A stretch of DNA of 64,000 bases. It comes from Chiloscyllium plagiosum. Its lineage: Eukaryota. This document shows positions 24,933 through 38,148 of the stretch, one piece after another (position 1 is the stretch's first letter; the number at the start of each line of letters is the position of its first letter). The stretch is from NCBI RefSeq assembly GCF_004010195.1, contig NC_057718.1, forward strand, positions 22,730,303-22,794,302, written 5' to 3'. A model generated the notes under the pieces. The model saw only the letters and a program-made list of their open reading frames with translations, did not search any database and had not been told where the DNA came from. The position numbers and the translations under genes are program-made.

Positions 24933-25956
24933 TGAAAATTGAGGAAGCAGCTCCTAAGTGGTAATTTATGACCCTCATAAGGGCCTCACTTAAAGGCCTC
25001 TGGACTTCACTGCATCCTGGGCATTTAGGTCTGTGTTCTGCAGGACTTGATTTAGTCCCAGCATTAGTCACCACTCCTGGTATAGCTGCTGGTACTGGAG
25101 AGCTCTTGGTCAGTCTGATGACTGACAGGTCTCTGAGATGGAACATCCTACCCATTTGGTGGAAGAAGGCTTGTCTCTGGCCAATTAAAGCTTACAAAGC
25201 AGTGGGGAAGCCATCAGGAGTGACAGTGTGTTCCCTACCATCTGAAAAATTCTGTCCTAGCCTTCCATTTCTCCACTGTGCACTCGGTTTGAATGTGGCA
25301 TTCAGCTGGAATGATGAGATTGCTAAATTAGCCCATATGTATCCACATGGTTCCTCGTTCTATTTGAATTTTTTTATAGGTTACCAGTCTCATTAAATCA
25401 GAGACCTCTTGACTCTAACTGTTCGTATTCATCACATTAATACCTTTATGAATAAATCCAGTATAATTACTAATTTCCTAATTTCATTCCATTTGTTTGA
25501 GTCTACATTGAAATCAGGCTTAAAACATCTCACTGGTTTTACCTCAAATTTCAAATCATTAATAATATTGTGACATTTTTCTGCTTAATGCATGCAATTA
25601 ATATGCCTTTTCATGACTGGTAATGCTATATGGACATTGGAGCTGTTTAGTATTGTACAGAGTTGCACAGGTTTGCCTGTGTCTGCGATAAATTCTTGCT
25701 TATGTTTCAGTTAATCAACCAGTACGTAAAATTTAATCCTCACCTTTGTCCCTCTTTGCATCTCCTTTCCTCAATCGGGATCTGCCTCATAATCTGATCC
25801 AGTTCTGTTCTCTACATCCAGTAATGTTTCGCTCCTTTGGTCAGTCGTTGCGATGCAATAAATTTCATGGGGTTAAAAATTCATATAAATACGATTTAGT
25901 ACGGAAAAGTAATCCCTGCTTTTTCCTGAATCTTTTTACTCTCAATGTACGTCTAG

Positions 25957-26024
25957 GAGGAGAAAACAAAGGAAGATGAGACAAATGAGAAAGAAGACCA
26001 TAAAGTTGAGTCAGAGAAAGCTGA
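25957..26024 (+). CDS. RYR2: RYR2 exon (~91), EEKTKEDETNEKEDHKVESEKAE
   Basis: TAG|GAGGAG...GCTGA|GTGAGT, 68 nt; phases fit both neighbours. Confidence 0.9.
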
Positions 26025-26764
26025 GTGAGTAACTTTATGAATCAGAATTCTTTTATTATTGATTTCCTTTTGATGAAGTGAGGGCTCACACAGAGGATTT
26101 TTATCAAATGAAATGTATAATATTTGCATCATAATGGGACATTGGGGCAAATCTTCAACTCCATCTGTTTGGTAACCTGGTTGATCAGTCTCCCGCAGTT
26201 GGAACCTGTCCAGTTTTGGTGTGGCGCCACAAACTTACTGTCCTCAGTGGGAGAGAAGATTTACCTTGGTTTGTTAGAACAATTGGTGAGTTTAAGAACC
26301 TGAAATCGGAGCATTTTCTCCAAAAAAGCGTTGGATGCAGCTACATTGCCAGTTGTGGTTCTGTTGATCGTACTGTTGACTTTGAGTTACAAGGTTACCA
26401 AACTAGGACTTCAGCACAAAAGGAAAGGCTGACACTCCAGCGCTGTGAGAATGCGTTACATTGTCAAAGATGCTGTTTTTTAGTTGAACTGTTAAACTGA
26501 GGCTTCCTGTGAATCAATAAAATGGTTTTTCATCATCTCAAATTGCACTGCAGATAAACTACTTTATTCAAATGAGCTTGACATTTCCGTTCCCCAAATT
26601 GTTCAGTGATTTGATATACAGTATTACTTATAAAATATTGTAAAATAAAATATATAATTTCAAAACAGTGACTTAATTACATCCTCACCCCATAGACAAG
26701 TTATCCCTTATTCACTATTCTTACTTCACATGGAGACAAAACTTGGCCTTAACTCAGAGTGGTA

Positions 26765-27835
26765 TTATCATAGAACATTACAGCGCAGTACAGGCCCTTG
26801 GGCCCTCGATGTTGCAGTGAACTGTGGAACCAATCTGAAGCCCATCTATTCTACACTATTCCATTCTCGTCCATATGCTTATCCAATGACCATTTAAATG
26901 CCCTTAAAGTTGGAGAGTCTACTACTGTTGCAGGCAATGCGTTCCATCCCCCACTACTCTCTGAGTAAAGAAACTGCCTCTGACATCTGATCTATATCTA
27001 TTACCCTTCAATTTAAATCTACGCCCCCTCATGCTAGCCATTGCCATCCAAGGAAAAAGACTCCCACTGTCCAACCTATCTAACCCTCTGATATGTCTCA
27101 GTTAAGTCACCTTTCAACCTACGTCTCTCTAAACAACCTCAAGTCCCTCAGCCTTTCCTCATAAGACCTTTCCTGCATACAAAGGAATGTCCTAGTAAAT
27201 CTCCTCTGAACCCTTTCTATAATCTAAATCCTTCTATAATGCGGTGACCAGAACTGTGCGCAATATTCCATGTGCAGCCGCACCAGAGTTTTGTACAGCT
27301 GCAGCGTAACCTCATGGTTCCAAATCTCAATCCCTCAACTAATAAAAGCTAACACACCTATGCTTTCTTAATAACCCTATCAAACTGGCTGGCAACTTTC
27401 AAGATTCTATGTACCTGGACACTAAGATCTCTCTGCTCATCTACACTGCCAAGAATCTTACCATTAGCCCAGTACTCTGCATTTCTGTTATTCCTTCCAA
27501 AGTGAATCACCTCCACTTGCCACCTCTCAGCCCAGCTCTGCAGCTTATCTATGTCCCTCTGTAACCTACAACATCCTTAGTTACTATCCACAACTCTACC
27601 GACCTCAGTGTCATCCGCAAATTTACTAACCCATCCTTCTATGCCCTCATCCAGGTCATTTATAAAAAAGACAAACAGTAGTGAACCCAAAACAGATCCT
27701 TGCGGTATACCACTAGTAACTGAACTCCAGGATGAACACTTTCCATCAACTACTACCCTCTGTCTTCTTTCAGCTAGCCAATTTCTGATTCAAACTGCTA
27801 AATTACCCTCAATCCCATGCCTCCGTAATTTGTGC
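26765..27835 (-). mobile_element. CR1 LINE 3' ~1 kb
   Basis: Reverse strand encodes SGIPQGSVLG and FADD remnants; CR1 3' UTR. Confidence 0.88.
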
Positions 27836-28095
27836 ATTAATCCAGGGAACCCGATAATATCCTGAGGTCTCAAGTTCAAGCAGGTGGTGAAATCTGAATT
27901 CACTAAAAATCTGGGATTAAGAATAGTGAAACCATTGCCGACTGTTGGAGGGAAAACCCATCTGGTTCACTGATCCTGTTTAGGGAAGGAAATCTATCAT
28001 CCTCACCTCGTCTGTCCTACATGTGACTCTAGATCCACGGCGACACTCAGCTGCCATTTGGGCAATAAATACGGGCCTGCCCAGCAACATCCATG
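27836..28095 (+). mobile_element. tRNA-headed SINE (AAAACCCATCTGGTTCAC family)
   Basis: Same body as copies at 22940, 42830, 51148 and 57015. Confidence 0.75.
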
Positions 28096-28142
28096 TCCCA
28101 AGAGTGAATTAAAAAGTCCCCCTGTTCAACAAGTGTGCAGTT

Positions 28143-28303
28143 TTAGATTAGATTAGATTAGATTACTTACAGTGTGGAAACAGGCCCTTCGGCCCAAAAA
28201 GTCCACACTGACCTGACGAAGCGTAACCCACCCAGACCCATTCTCCTACATTTACCCCTTCACCTAACACTATGGGCAATTTAGCATGGCCAATTCACCT
28301 AAC
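28143..28303 (-). mobile_element. HE1-type SINE 3' half
   Basis: (GATTA)n tail and 3' body matching the copy at 4184. Confidence 0.85.
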
Positions 28304-28396
28304 CTTTGAATGTCTTATGTATGATACATCACAATGGAAGGTTGAATTATTGAATACTTTGACAGTTTTAATAACAACTTGATTTCTGGATTACAG

Positions 28397-28547
28397 AGGG
28401 GAGGATGGGGAAAAAGAGGAAAGAAATACAGAAAATAAGTCCCGGCGGCGAAGAAGACGACAGCAACATGCACAGAAGGTTGAAGAACCGGAAGTGCAAG
28501 AATCTGCCTTCTGGAAGAAAATTACGGCATATCAACAGAAACTGCTC
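28397..28547 (+). CDS. RYR2: RYR2 exon (~92), GEDGEKEERNTENKSRRRRRRQQHAQKVEEPEVQESAFWKKITAYQQKLL
   Basis: CAG|AGGGGAG...CTGCTC|GTGGGT, 151 nt. Confidence 0.95.
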
Positions 28548-30235
28548 GTGGGTGCAATATTTCAGTGAAAACATATTTGAAAAGGAACTTGAGAAGAATG
28601 GGGAGTGTGGGGAGGAATCTTATAGAAACCTATTAAATTTTAACAGAATCAGACAGGGAAAACACAGGAAGGACGTTCCTGATCACTGGGAAGTGCAGAA
28701 CCACCGGTAACAGTTTCAGGATACAGGGTAGGACATTTAAGACTGAGATGAGGAGAAATTTTCAGCCATTGGAATTCTATGCCACAGAAAGTAGTTGAGG
28801 CCAAAACATTAAATGTTTGCAAGAAGGAGTTAGATATAATTCTTCGGACATCATTTTCTACCCAGAAAGTTGAGGGAGTCCTGAGAGTGGCCAGTTGTGG
28901 GAGTCCCTATACAAACACGTCTGCACCCAGCAGTTCCCTTTGAGAAGAAAGGTCATGACCCTCATGAGCTGCTGGCCAATCAGAGGACCAACAGTAACAC
29001 TAAGCAGTGCCACTGGGACCAGTGGGGACAGCTAGAAGTACATTCAGGAAGAGTTGGCAAACAAAGAGGACACTGAGAAACCCAGAAACATGGGGTTGGC
29101 TAGTTTGGCTGATGAATGCAATGAGGGATGTTTCCTAAAGACAATCCCTTTCTAAGCACGTCCAGTTAGAAGCCAACTCAATCTTGTGCCCAAACAAAAT
29201 CTGCCAAAGTATGCCTGACACTCACCTAATCTAGTCAAGATCTCATCCAACACCTGAAGGCCCTCAATGATTTCAGAGAAGGTCAGATCTCCACCACCGT
29301 TCCCTACTGTTGGTTATATACAGAGTGATGGCATGAATGTGATGGATATGTTAGCCCACCTGAACTTCCACCAGATTTCTTCCACTTATTACCTCCAACC
29401 AAGCACTGGGAGCCTCCAAAAATTTCAGCCAACATGAGAAGTTGAACTTGGAGAAGTGGGCATCAGTTTTTACTTTGAGAGAAAGGAGAAATCCTGTTGA
29501 GAAATACCCATCGGCCATTATTTTTCTTTCTGACAAAGGTCAATAGTGAAGGAAATTAGGCAGAATTTACAATGAGCAGTAGTTCATCTCCTGTACCCCA
29601 TCTGAAAATCACTGCCTTGGCTTTCCACTTTTCATTCTGAAAACCTCCCTATTTTCCTTTTTTAAAACTTTCAGCTTTCTTGTGGGAGATGACTCATTTT
29701 TGGAAAACAACAGGCACACTTTTGCTAAGTACTGTTGCTTACTCCTGAATTCGCCTAGTCAATCTTCGGTCAACTGCAACTTTCAAGACTGTGATTGCTA
29801 GGTTTTTATTAACAGAGTATCAGAGAGTGTGGAATGAAAGTAAGCCATACACTCATTGAATAACAGAACAGGTTTGAAGCCTGAATGGTTCTCCCAGTAC
29901 CTATGTGCAGGGACCATGATAGTCAAGCCTGATTCTCTCTTCACACAGCATTTGTGGATGTATGCTTTCAGCAAGGATGGCTGGGCTCTGACCATAGAAT
30001 CGAGTACATACCATGGATCAAATGTGGGACCTTTCAGGTCCTTCTTGAGTTGTGGGGCACCCATCCTTATTTTGTCTTTATTTTCATTAAAATCTTCCTT
30101 GGTTCATAGCATTTGAAGAAGTGATTTAGTGTTGCTTTTCAATGTTAATTACGCTAAGTTTTAAACTGAATGTTTTTATAAATAATTTTGTTTATAGTAA
30201 AATTTTCCACAATCTATTTGTTCCTCCCTTTTCAG

Positions 30236-30322
30236 AATTACTTTGCGCGCAATTTCTACAACATGAGGATGCTGGCATTGTTTGTCGCGTTCGCAATTAA
30301 CTTCATTCTCCTATTTTATAAG
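30236..30322 (+). CDS. RYR2: RYR2 exon (~93), S1 helix [29 protein letters not shown]
   Basis: CAG|AATTAC...AAG|GTAGGA, 87 nt. Confidence 0.97.
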
Positions 30323-30407
30323 GTAGGAAGTTTGTATTCTTGTCTAACTTCTTGAGGGGTGTGCAGATGGTAATGTTTAGCCACAATTTGTGTGCCAAAT
30401 AACAATA

Positions 30408-31352
30408 GTGTCATAGAGTCATACAGCATTAAAACAGATTCTTCGACCCAACTTGTTTCCCAAACTGAACGAGTCCCATTTTCCTGCGTTTGGCCCATAT
30501 CCCTCTAAACCTTTCCTATTCATGTAGCTATTCAACTGTCTTTTAAATGTTGCAATTGTATGTGAATCTACCTCTTCCTCTGGTAGTCATTTCATGTACA
30601 GACCACTATATGTGAAAAAGTTGTCCCTCAGGTCCCTTTTAAATCTTTCTCCTTTCACCTTAAAATTATGCCCTCTAGTTTTGAACTCCCCAATCACAGG
30701 CAAAAGATCTTTGCTATTTTCCTTATCTATGCCCCTCATGATTTTATAAACCTGTCACCCCTCAACCTCCTACACTGCAGTGAAAACAAAATCCCAGTTT
30801 ATCCAGCCTTTCTTTATAATTCAAACCCTCCAGTGCTGGTAACATCATTGTAAATCTTGTCTGTACTCTCTCCAATTTAATGATATCCTTCCTATAACAG
30901 GGTGATCAGAACTGTACATAGTACTTGAAGAGTGGCCTTACCAATGTTTTGTACAACCACAACATGACATCCCAACTCCTGTACTCAATAGTCTGAGCAA
31001 TGAAGGCAATTGTGCCAAATGCCTTCTTAACCACCCTTACTACCTGTGTTGCAACTATCACCCTTAAGTCTTGAACCCTTAAGTCTCTCTGTTTGACAAC
31101 ACTCCTCAGGGGTCTACCAATAACTGTGTAAGTCCTGCCTTTGTTCATGTTACCAAAATGCAGCGTCTCACATGTATCTAAATTAAATTCCATCTACCAC
31201 TCCTCAGTTCATTGGCCCAATTGATCAAGATCCCTTTGTAATCTTAGAGAACTTCTTCACTCTCCGCTATACCACCAATTTTGGTGTCATCTGCAAAGCT
31301 ATTAACCATGTTTCCTATATTCTCATCCAAATCATTTACACAAATGACAAAT
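30408..31352 (-). mobile_element. HER1/CR1 LINE 3' ~1 kb
   Basis: ORF 30906-31193 (LYKTLVRPL); CATAGAGT tail. Confidence 0.9.
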
Positions 31353-32769
31353 GACAACTTCTTTGTTATCCAGAATTTGTTGATTGACTTCATTCATATT
31401 TCTTACTTTTCCTGTTGAGTCTATTTTCATGAGCGACCCTAATCCTGGCTCATAATGTTGTATAAGCTCTCTGTTATTATATACTATGCAGTATAATGGC
31501 TGCCACGATCTTCTTTCAGAGAAGGATCTATAGAGTCTACTTGGCCTAGTGAGATAGAGTAAAGCCACTTAGTAATCTAATCAGAAGAGGTTCTTGTCTT
31601 AAGCAAGATGGAATCTGCTGCATGACAGCAACTGTGCCCTGGTTACACTGATTGAATATCAACTTTGTTAGCAGAGACTATGAGGAAAATCCAGATTGTA
31701 GGTCTTACTCCTGTGAAATCCTAGGATGCTCTCATACTGAGCTGTACGGTATCATCATTTTGGATGGTGCTTCAGGCACTCCTCAGTGTTGACCCTTTCA
31801 GATCCTTACACCCTAGTATAATAGTTTAATTGACACAAGTGGTGTCGCAATATATGATGATTTATTCACCATTCTTATCAATGTTCAAGAGATAGTTGAC
31901 ATTTGTTTATTTTGAATTTTACTAATCAAAATTTGTCAGCGATTGTATTGCTCACAGCTAAATAAAGACTGGACTCCAAACTGTCCTTCCAACAGAAGAG
32001 AGTGCAAGTCCCAGTGTTTTTCTTTAAATATTCAGATTAGGTTCTGATCGTCAGGTCCAAATTATGATTTGTGTTTTCCCAACTGGATTCAATTAGCCAA
32101 TCAAACAATCAAATTAATGTAATTATGTCTTTTGAGTAATGTCCCCAACAGTTGATAGTGTTCGTAGTGGACTACCCAACCATGAGTACTTAATCCAAGA
32201 GATAAACATAAAGCACTAAATCAAATGCCACTATGACTCTCATACGTTTGTGATCTCTAGAAGTGAAGTTCTTGCATATATTTCTAAAGTCTGTTGAGTG
32301 GAAATTTAGTTGTAAAATTGTGACTACTTTTAAGCTTGAATTCAGAACTTTTATATTGATCCATGTTGCATGTGCAACATGTTTAGCTAGCATATAGTTA
32401 ATTCACTATATGTTTTCAGTTGATCTGATGCCAAATGATAGGTTCTGGGGTTAATTAGACTATTTGAATAGAAGAGCGATGGCAACTTGGTGTAGTAAGG
32501 AATGTCACCAAGCATGATCATGAGTGGAATTGTGTATAGACAATAATTACCCTGACATGTTACATCATACATGTCTCAATAAAAAAAGGGTGTGTATGAT
32601 AGTGTTCACTTCTTTAGAATTCAGTTAAAACATTTCAAGCATCAATATTGAAAATGGTTGCAATTCGTTTTCCCAGATGCTTGAAATTGGCACAAGATAT
32701 TTTTCATGAAGAAATGTTTGGCAATATTTTTCTTTGTATTGGCAAGCACATAATATAGTATGGAATGTC

Positions 32770-35700
32770 AAATTTGTAAAGCATTTCTTTAGAGAATAGA
32801 CCATTCTAGACTAGGTACTGTGTAATGAGAAGGGAATAATTGGCAATCTAATTGTGCGAGGCCCCTTGGGGATGAGTGACCATAATATGATTCAATTCTT
32901 CATTAAGATGGAGAGTCATAGTTGATTCTAGGATTAGAGTCCTAAGTTTAGATAAAGGAAACCACAATGGTATGGGTCTCCAGTTGGTTATGGTTAAGTT
33001 GGGGAACATTACTTAAAGGGATAACAGTGGATAATAATGGCAAATATTTGAAGAACGCATGGAAGAACTGCAACAATTGTTTCTGTCTTGTGCAAAAATA
33101 AAACAGGAAAAATGCCAAAGAGAAATGAGGAATAGTATTACAAATGGGCATTCAAATTGGCCAAGGAGGAACAAGTGAGGACTGCAGATGCTGGAGAGTC
33201 AGAGTCAAAAAGTGTGGCGCTGAAAAATGTACAGCAGGTCAGGCAGCATCCGAGGAGCAGGAGAGTTGATGTTAAGCTCTTCATCAGGAATGGCTAAATT
33301 GACCAAAACAAGCAACAGACCTGAGGATTGAGAGCAGTTTAAATTTTAGCAAAGGAGGACAATTGCATTGATTAAGAGGGGAAAAGTAGAGTACAAGAGT
33401 AGACTAGCGGCGTACATGCAAACTGTTTGTAAGAATATCCAGTGAACAGAAAGTAGATTAATCAAGACAAAGGTAGGTTCATTACAGTCAGAAACAGGGG
33501 ACGTTAAAATAGGGAACAAAGAGATGGCAGACTGATTAAATACATACTTTGGTGCTGACTTCACACAGGTGGACACAAGTAACATTCAAAAATGTTGAGG
33601 AACATAGTGTGTAGAGAGATGGAGGAGCTGAAGGAAATCAGTTTTAGTAAGGAAATGGTGTTGGGGAAATTGATGGGATCCAAGACCGGTAAATTCCCAG
33701 GGCTGATAATCGACATCCCAGAAGTGTGTCTCGATATAATGAGTACGTTGGTAGTTGTCTTTCAGGATTTCATAAACTCTGAATGTAACCCTGCCCATTA
33801 AAAAGAATGTAGAGAGAAAACAGGGAAGTCTAAACTGGTTGGCCTGACACCTGCAGTCAGGAAAATGCTGGAGTCCATTATAGAAGATTTAATAGCCAAA
33901 CACGTGAAAAGGATAACTGGATTGGACAGAGTCAACATAGATTTACGAAAGGGAAATCATGCTTGAGACATCTATTGGAATTTTTTGAGATCTAAGTAAG
34001 GGAGAGCCAGTGGATAGTTTACTCAAACTTTGCGAAGGCTTTCTATAAGGTCCTATGTAAGAGATTAGCATGTAATATTAAAACGCATGCAACTAAGGGT
34101 TCGTGTACTGACATGGGTAGAGAACTGATTGACAGATAGGAAACAACAGTAGGAACAAATGGGTCTTTTTCCAAGTGACAGATGGTAACTAGTACGATAC
34201 TGTGAGGATCAGTACTTGGACCACAGCTGTTTACAAACTGAATTAACAATTTAGATGAGCGAGCTAAATATAATATTTTCAAGCTTGCAAATGATACAAA
34301 GCTGGGTGAGAGGACGAGGAGGATGCAGAGATGCTTCAGTGTGATTTAAACAGGTTGAGTGACTGGAGAGATGAAGTATAACAGGGATAAATGTGAGGTT
34401 ATCCACTTTAGTATCATAAACAGTTTAAGCCTGTTATCAGCTGAATAGCAATTGATTGGAAAGGGGGAATTGCAACCAAATTTACATGCCCTTATACATC
34501 AGTAAGCTGGCAGTGAAGCAAGTAAATAGGGTCAGATGGGGTGGAGTTGAGGAACCGCAAAATCAAAAAAACCATAATGGCAGTTATGTACAAACCTCCC
34601 AGCAGTGGTTAGGACCAGGGGCACAAGATGTACAAGAAATAGATAGGGCATGTCAGAAAGGTAAGGTCACGGTGATCATGAGGGACTTCAATATGCAAAT
34701 AGACTGGGTGAATAATGTTGCCGGTGGATCCAAAGAAAGAGAATTCATGGAATGCTTACAGGATGGCCTTTTGGCACAGCTTGTGATGGAACCCACAAGG
34801 GAGCAGGCTATTCTGAACTTAGAGCTATGTAATGAGCCAGACTTTATAAAAGATCTTAAAGTAAGGGAACACTTCGGAGGCAGTGATCATAATATGGTAG
34901 ATATCAGTCTGCAGTTTGAAAGAGAGAAGCAAAATCGGATGTAATAGTGTTACAGTTCAATAAAGGTAATTACAAGGGCACGAAAGAGGACTGACGAAAA
35001 TCAACTGGAAGAAGAGCCTAATGGGGAAGACCATAGAGCAACAATAACAGGAGTTTCTGGATGTAATTGAGGACACAGTACAGAGGTTCATCCCAAAGAA
35101 AAGAAAGATTATCCAGGGGTTGGGGGGGGGGCGGTAGGGGGAAGTGGAGGAGAGGAATTACACAGCCAGGGCTGTCAAAGGAAGTCAGGAAATGTATCAG
35201 GAAAAGAGAGGGCCTACAAAGTGGCCAAGAGCACTGGGAAATCAGAAGATTGGGAAGACTACAAAAACAAACAGAGGATAACAAAGAGAGAAATAAGGAA
35301 GGAGAGGATCAAATATGAAGGTAAGCTAGCCAGTAATATTAGAAATTATGGTAAAACTTTCTTTCAAAACATAAGAAACAAACGAGAGGCAAAAAAAGAA
35401 ATTGGGCTGTTCCAAATTGATGCAGGAAGCCTTGTGATGGGAGATAAAGAAAAACCAAAGAACTTAATAAATACTTTGTGTCAGTCTTCAGAGTGGAAGT
35501 CATGAGTAATATCCCAACAATTGAGAGAGTCAAGGGGCAGAGTTGAGTACAGTAGCCATTACAAAAGAAAAAGTGCTAGAAAAGCTAAAAGGTCTAACAA
35601 TTGATAAATCTCCTGGCCTGGATGGACTCCATCCTAGAGTTCTGAGGGAGGTGGCTGAAGAAATTGTGGAGGTGTTGGTTGTAATCTTTCAAAAATCACT

Positions 35701-37735
35701 GGAGTCAGGAAAAGTCTCAGATGATTGGAAAATCACTGTTGTAACTCCCTTGTTCAAGAAAAGATCAAGATAAAAGATGGAAAATTATAGGCTGATTAGC
35801 CTAACCTGGGTTGTAAGTAAAACTCTAGAATCCATCATTAAGGATGCGATTCCTAAATTCTTAGAAGTGCAGGGTCAGATTAGAACAAGTCAGCATGGAT
35901 TTAGTAAGGGGAGGCCATGCCTGACAAACCTGTTGGAATTCTTTGAAGAGGTAACAAGTAGGTTAGACCAGGGAAACCGAGTGGATGTTATTTACCTAGA
36001 TTTCCAAAAGGCCTTTGATAAGGTGCTTCACGGGAGGCTGCTGAGTAAGGTCAGGGCCCATAGTGTTCGAGGTGAGCTACTGGCATGGATTGAGGATTGG
36101 CTGTCTAACAGAAGGCAAAGAGTTGGGATAAAAGGTTCTTTTTCGGAATGGCAACAGGTGACAATTGGTGTTGGAGCCACAGCTGTTCACTTTATATATG
36201 TTAATGATTTGGATGAGGGGACTGGGTGTATTCTAGCAAAGTTCACCGATGATATAAAATTAGGCAGGCAGGCAGGTAGTTCTGAGGAGGTGGAGAGGCT
36301 GCAGAAAGATGTAGACAGTTTAGGGGAGTGGTTCAAGAAATGGCTGATGAGATGCAATGTGAGCAAATGCGTGGTCTTGCACTTTGGAAAAATTAATACA
36401 GGCATGGACTATTCTCTAAATGGTGAGAAAATTCATAAAGCCAAATTACAAAGGGATCTGGGCATGCTAGCCCAGAATTCTGTAAAGGTTGACTTGCAGG
36501 TTGAGGTCATGATTAAGAAAGCAAATGTAACATTGTCATTTATCTCAAGAGGGTTGGAATGTAAAAGCAGCGATGTGCTTCTGAGAATTTATAAAGCTCC
36601 AGTTAGGACCCATTTGGAATACTGTGTCCAATTCTGGGCCCCACACCTCAGGAAGGACATAATGGCACAGAAGCGTGTCCAGTGGAAATTCACATGGATG
36701 ATCCCTGGAATGGTAGGCCTAACATGTGATGAACGGCTGAGGATCCTGGGATCATATTCATTAGAGTTTAGAAGGTTGAGGGGAGATCTAATAGAAAATT
36801 ACAAGATAATGCACGGCTTAGAAAGGGTGGACACTGGGAATTTGTTTCTGTTAGGCGGGAATACTAGAATCCATGGGCACAGCCTTAGAATTAGAGGTGG
36901 TCAATTTAGGACAGAAATGAGGAGACATTTCTTCAGCCAGAGAGTGATGGACCTGTGGAATTCATTGCCACGGAGCGCAGTGGAGGCCGGGACGTTAAAC
37001 GTCTTCAGGGCAGAGATTGATAAATTCTTGATCTCGCAAGGAATTAAGGGCTACGGGGAGAGTGTGGGTAAGTGCCGCTGAAATGCCCATCAGTCATGAT
37101 TGAATGGTGGAGTGGACTCGATGGGCTGAATGGCCTTACTTCTACTCCTATGTCTTATGGTCTAAATGTTTTGTTGCCCCTGAAAAAAAAATTAAATGGC
37201 AGGAGCAGGGATGTCTTTCTGCAATTATACAGGCCCTTGGTGAGACCACATCTTAGGTTTTGGTAACCTTATCTGAGGAAGGATGTTCTGACAATGGAGG
37301 GAGTGCAACAAACATTTACCAGACTGATTCCTAGGCATATAAGGAGAGACCCAATTGGTTAGAACTGCATCATTGGAGTTTAAAAGAACTAGGACAAGCT
37401 CATGGAAATCTATAAAATTCTCCAGGACTAGACAGGGCAGATTCAGAAAGGATGTTCCTGATAACTGGGGAGTCTAGAGTCAGAGGCTATATTTTAAGGT
37501 AAAGAGGTTTACATTTAGGACTGAGATGAGAAATCTCTTCACCCAGAAAGTGGGAAACCTATGGAATTCTCAGCCAAAGAAAGCAGCTGAGGCCAAGCAT
37601 TGGATGTTTTCAAGAAGTAATTCTTAGGACTAAAGGGTTCAAAGGATATGGAGAGAAAGTGGGAACAGGTATTGTATTGAATGGCAGACCAGGCTCAAAG
37701 GGCTGAATGGCCTATTCCTGCTCCTATTTTCTATC
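32770..37735 (+). mobile_element. Old decayed CR1 LINE, split by a younger CR1 and a Penelope-type fragment (~33165-33295)
   Basis: EN/RT remnants at 32770-34527 resume at 37163-37735. Confidence 0.8.
34528..37162 (+). mobile_element. Younger CR1 LINE, 5'-truncated ORF2 (EN + RT), non-functional
   Basis: ORF 34456-34944 (RDFN, GSDHN) and ORF 35777-37081 (QHGF, YLDFQKAFDKV, FTDD); stops and frameshifts; TAAAT on both flanks. Confidence 0.95.
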
Positions 37736-37926
37736 ATTATATTAGTGTATCAGGGCATCATTAAAATGATGCTCAATATACCTTGTGCATCCAAAAACAA
37801 CAGTTTAAAAATACTCCAACAGTTGATTTGTTTCTATTGTAATTTCTGAATGCAAAGATTGGAAATTGTATTGGATATTTTGATGAATGATGGAAGGTTC
37901 TGTTACTAATGTGCAATGTTCAACAG

Positions 37927-38148
37927 GTCTCCACTTCTCCATCCCTAGAAGAGAAGGAATGTAAACACCCAGGATACTATCAGGAGGGTGGAGGTTCTCG
38001 ATGGAGCAGTATGGGAAGTGAGCACAGGGTCACAGTGCATTATGTTCTCCAGGAAAGCAGTGGCTATATGGAACCCACCTTGCGAATTCTAGCCATCCTG
38101 CACACCGTCATCTCATTTTTCTGCATCATTGGCTACTACTGTCTAAAA
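37927..38148 (+). CDS. RYR2: RYR2 exon (~94), luminal S1-S2 loop and S2 (VSTS...IIGYYCLK)
   Basis: CAG|GTCTCC...CTAAAA|GTAAGG, 222 nt; within ORF 37909-38313. Confidence 0.96.

Noticed and set aside
25951..25962. Tandem acceptor TAG-GAG at exon ~91
   Set aside because: GAG is a poor acceptor and there is no evidence of use.
28850..29510. GC-richer intronic patches (also ~7680-7870, 24945-25250, 53480-53940)
   Set aside because: Probably ancient repeat remnants; no termini, TSD or coding signal that I could support.
35777..37081. 434-aa ORF as a host gene or active RT
   Set aside because: CR1 ORF2 fragment; PQG motif deleted, FADD changed to FTDD, upstream stops.
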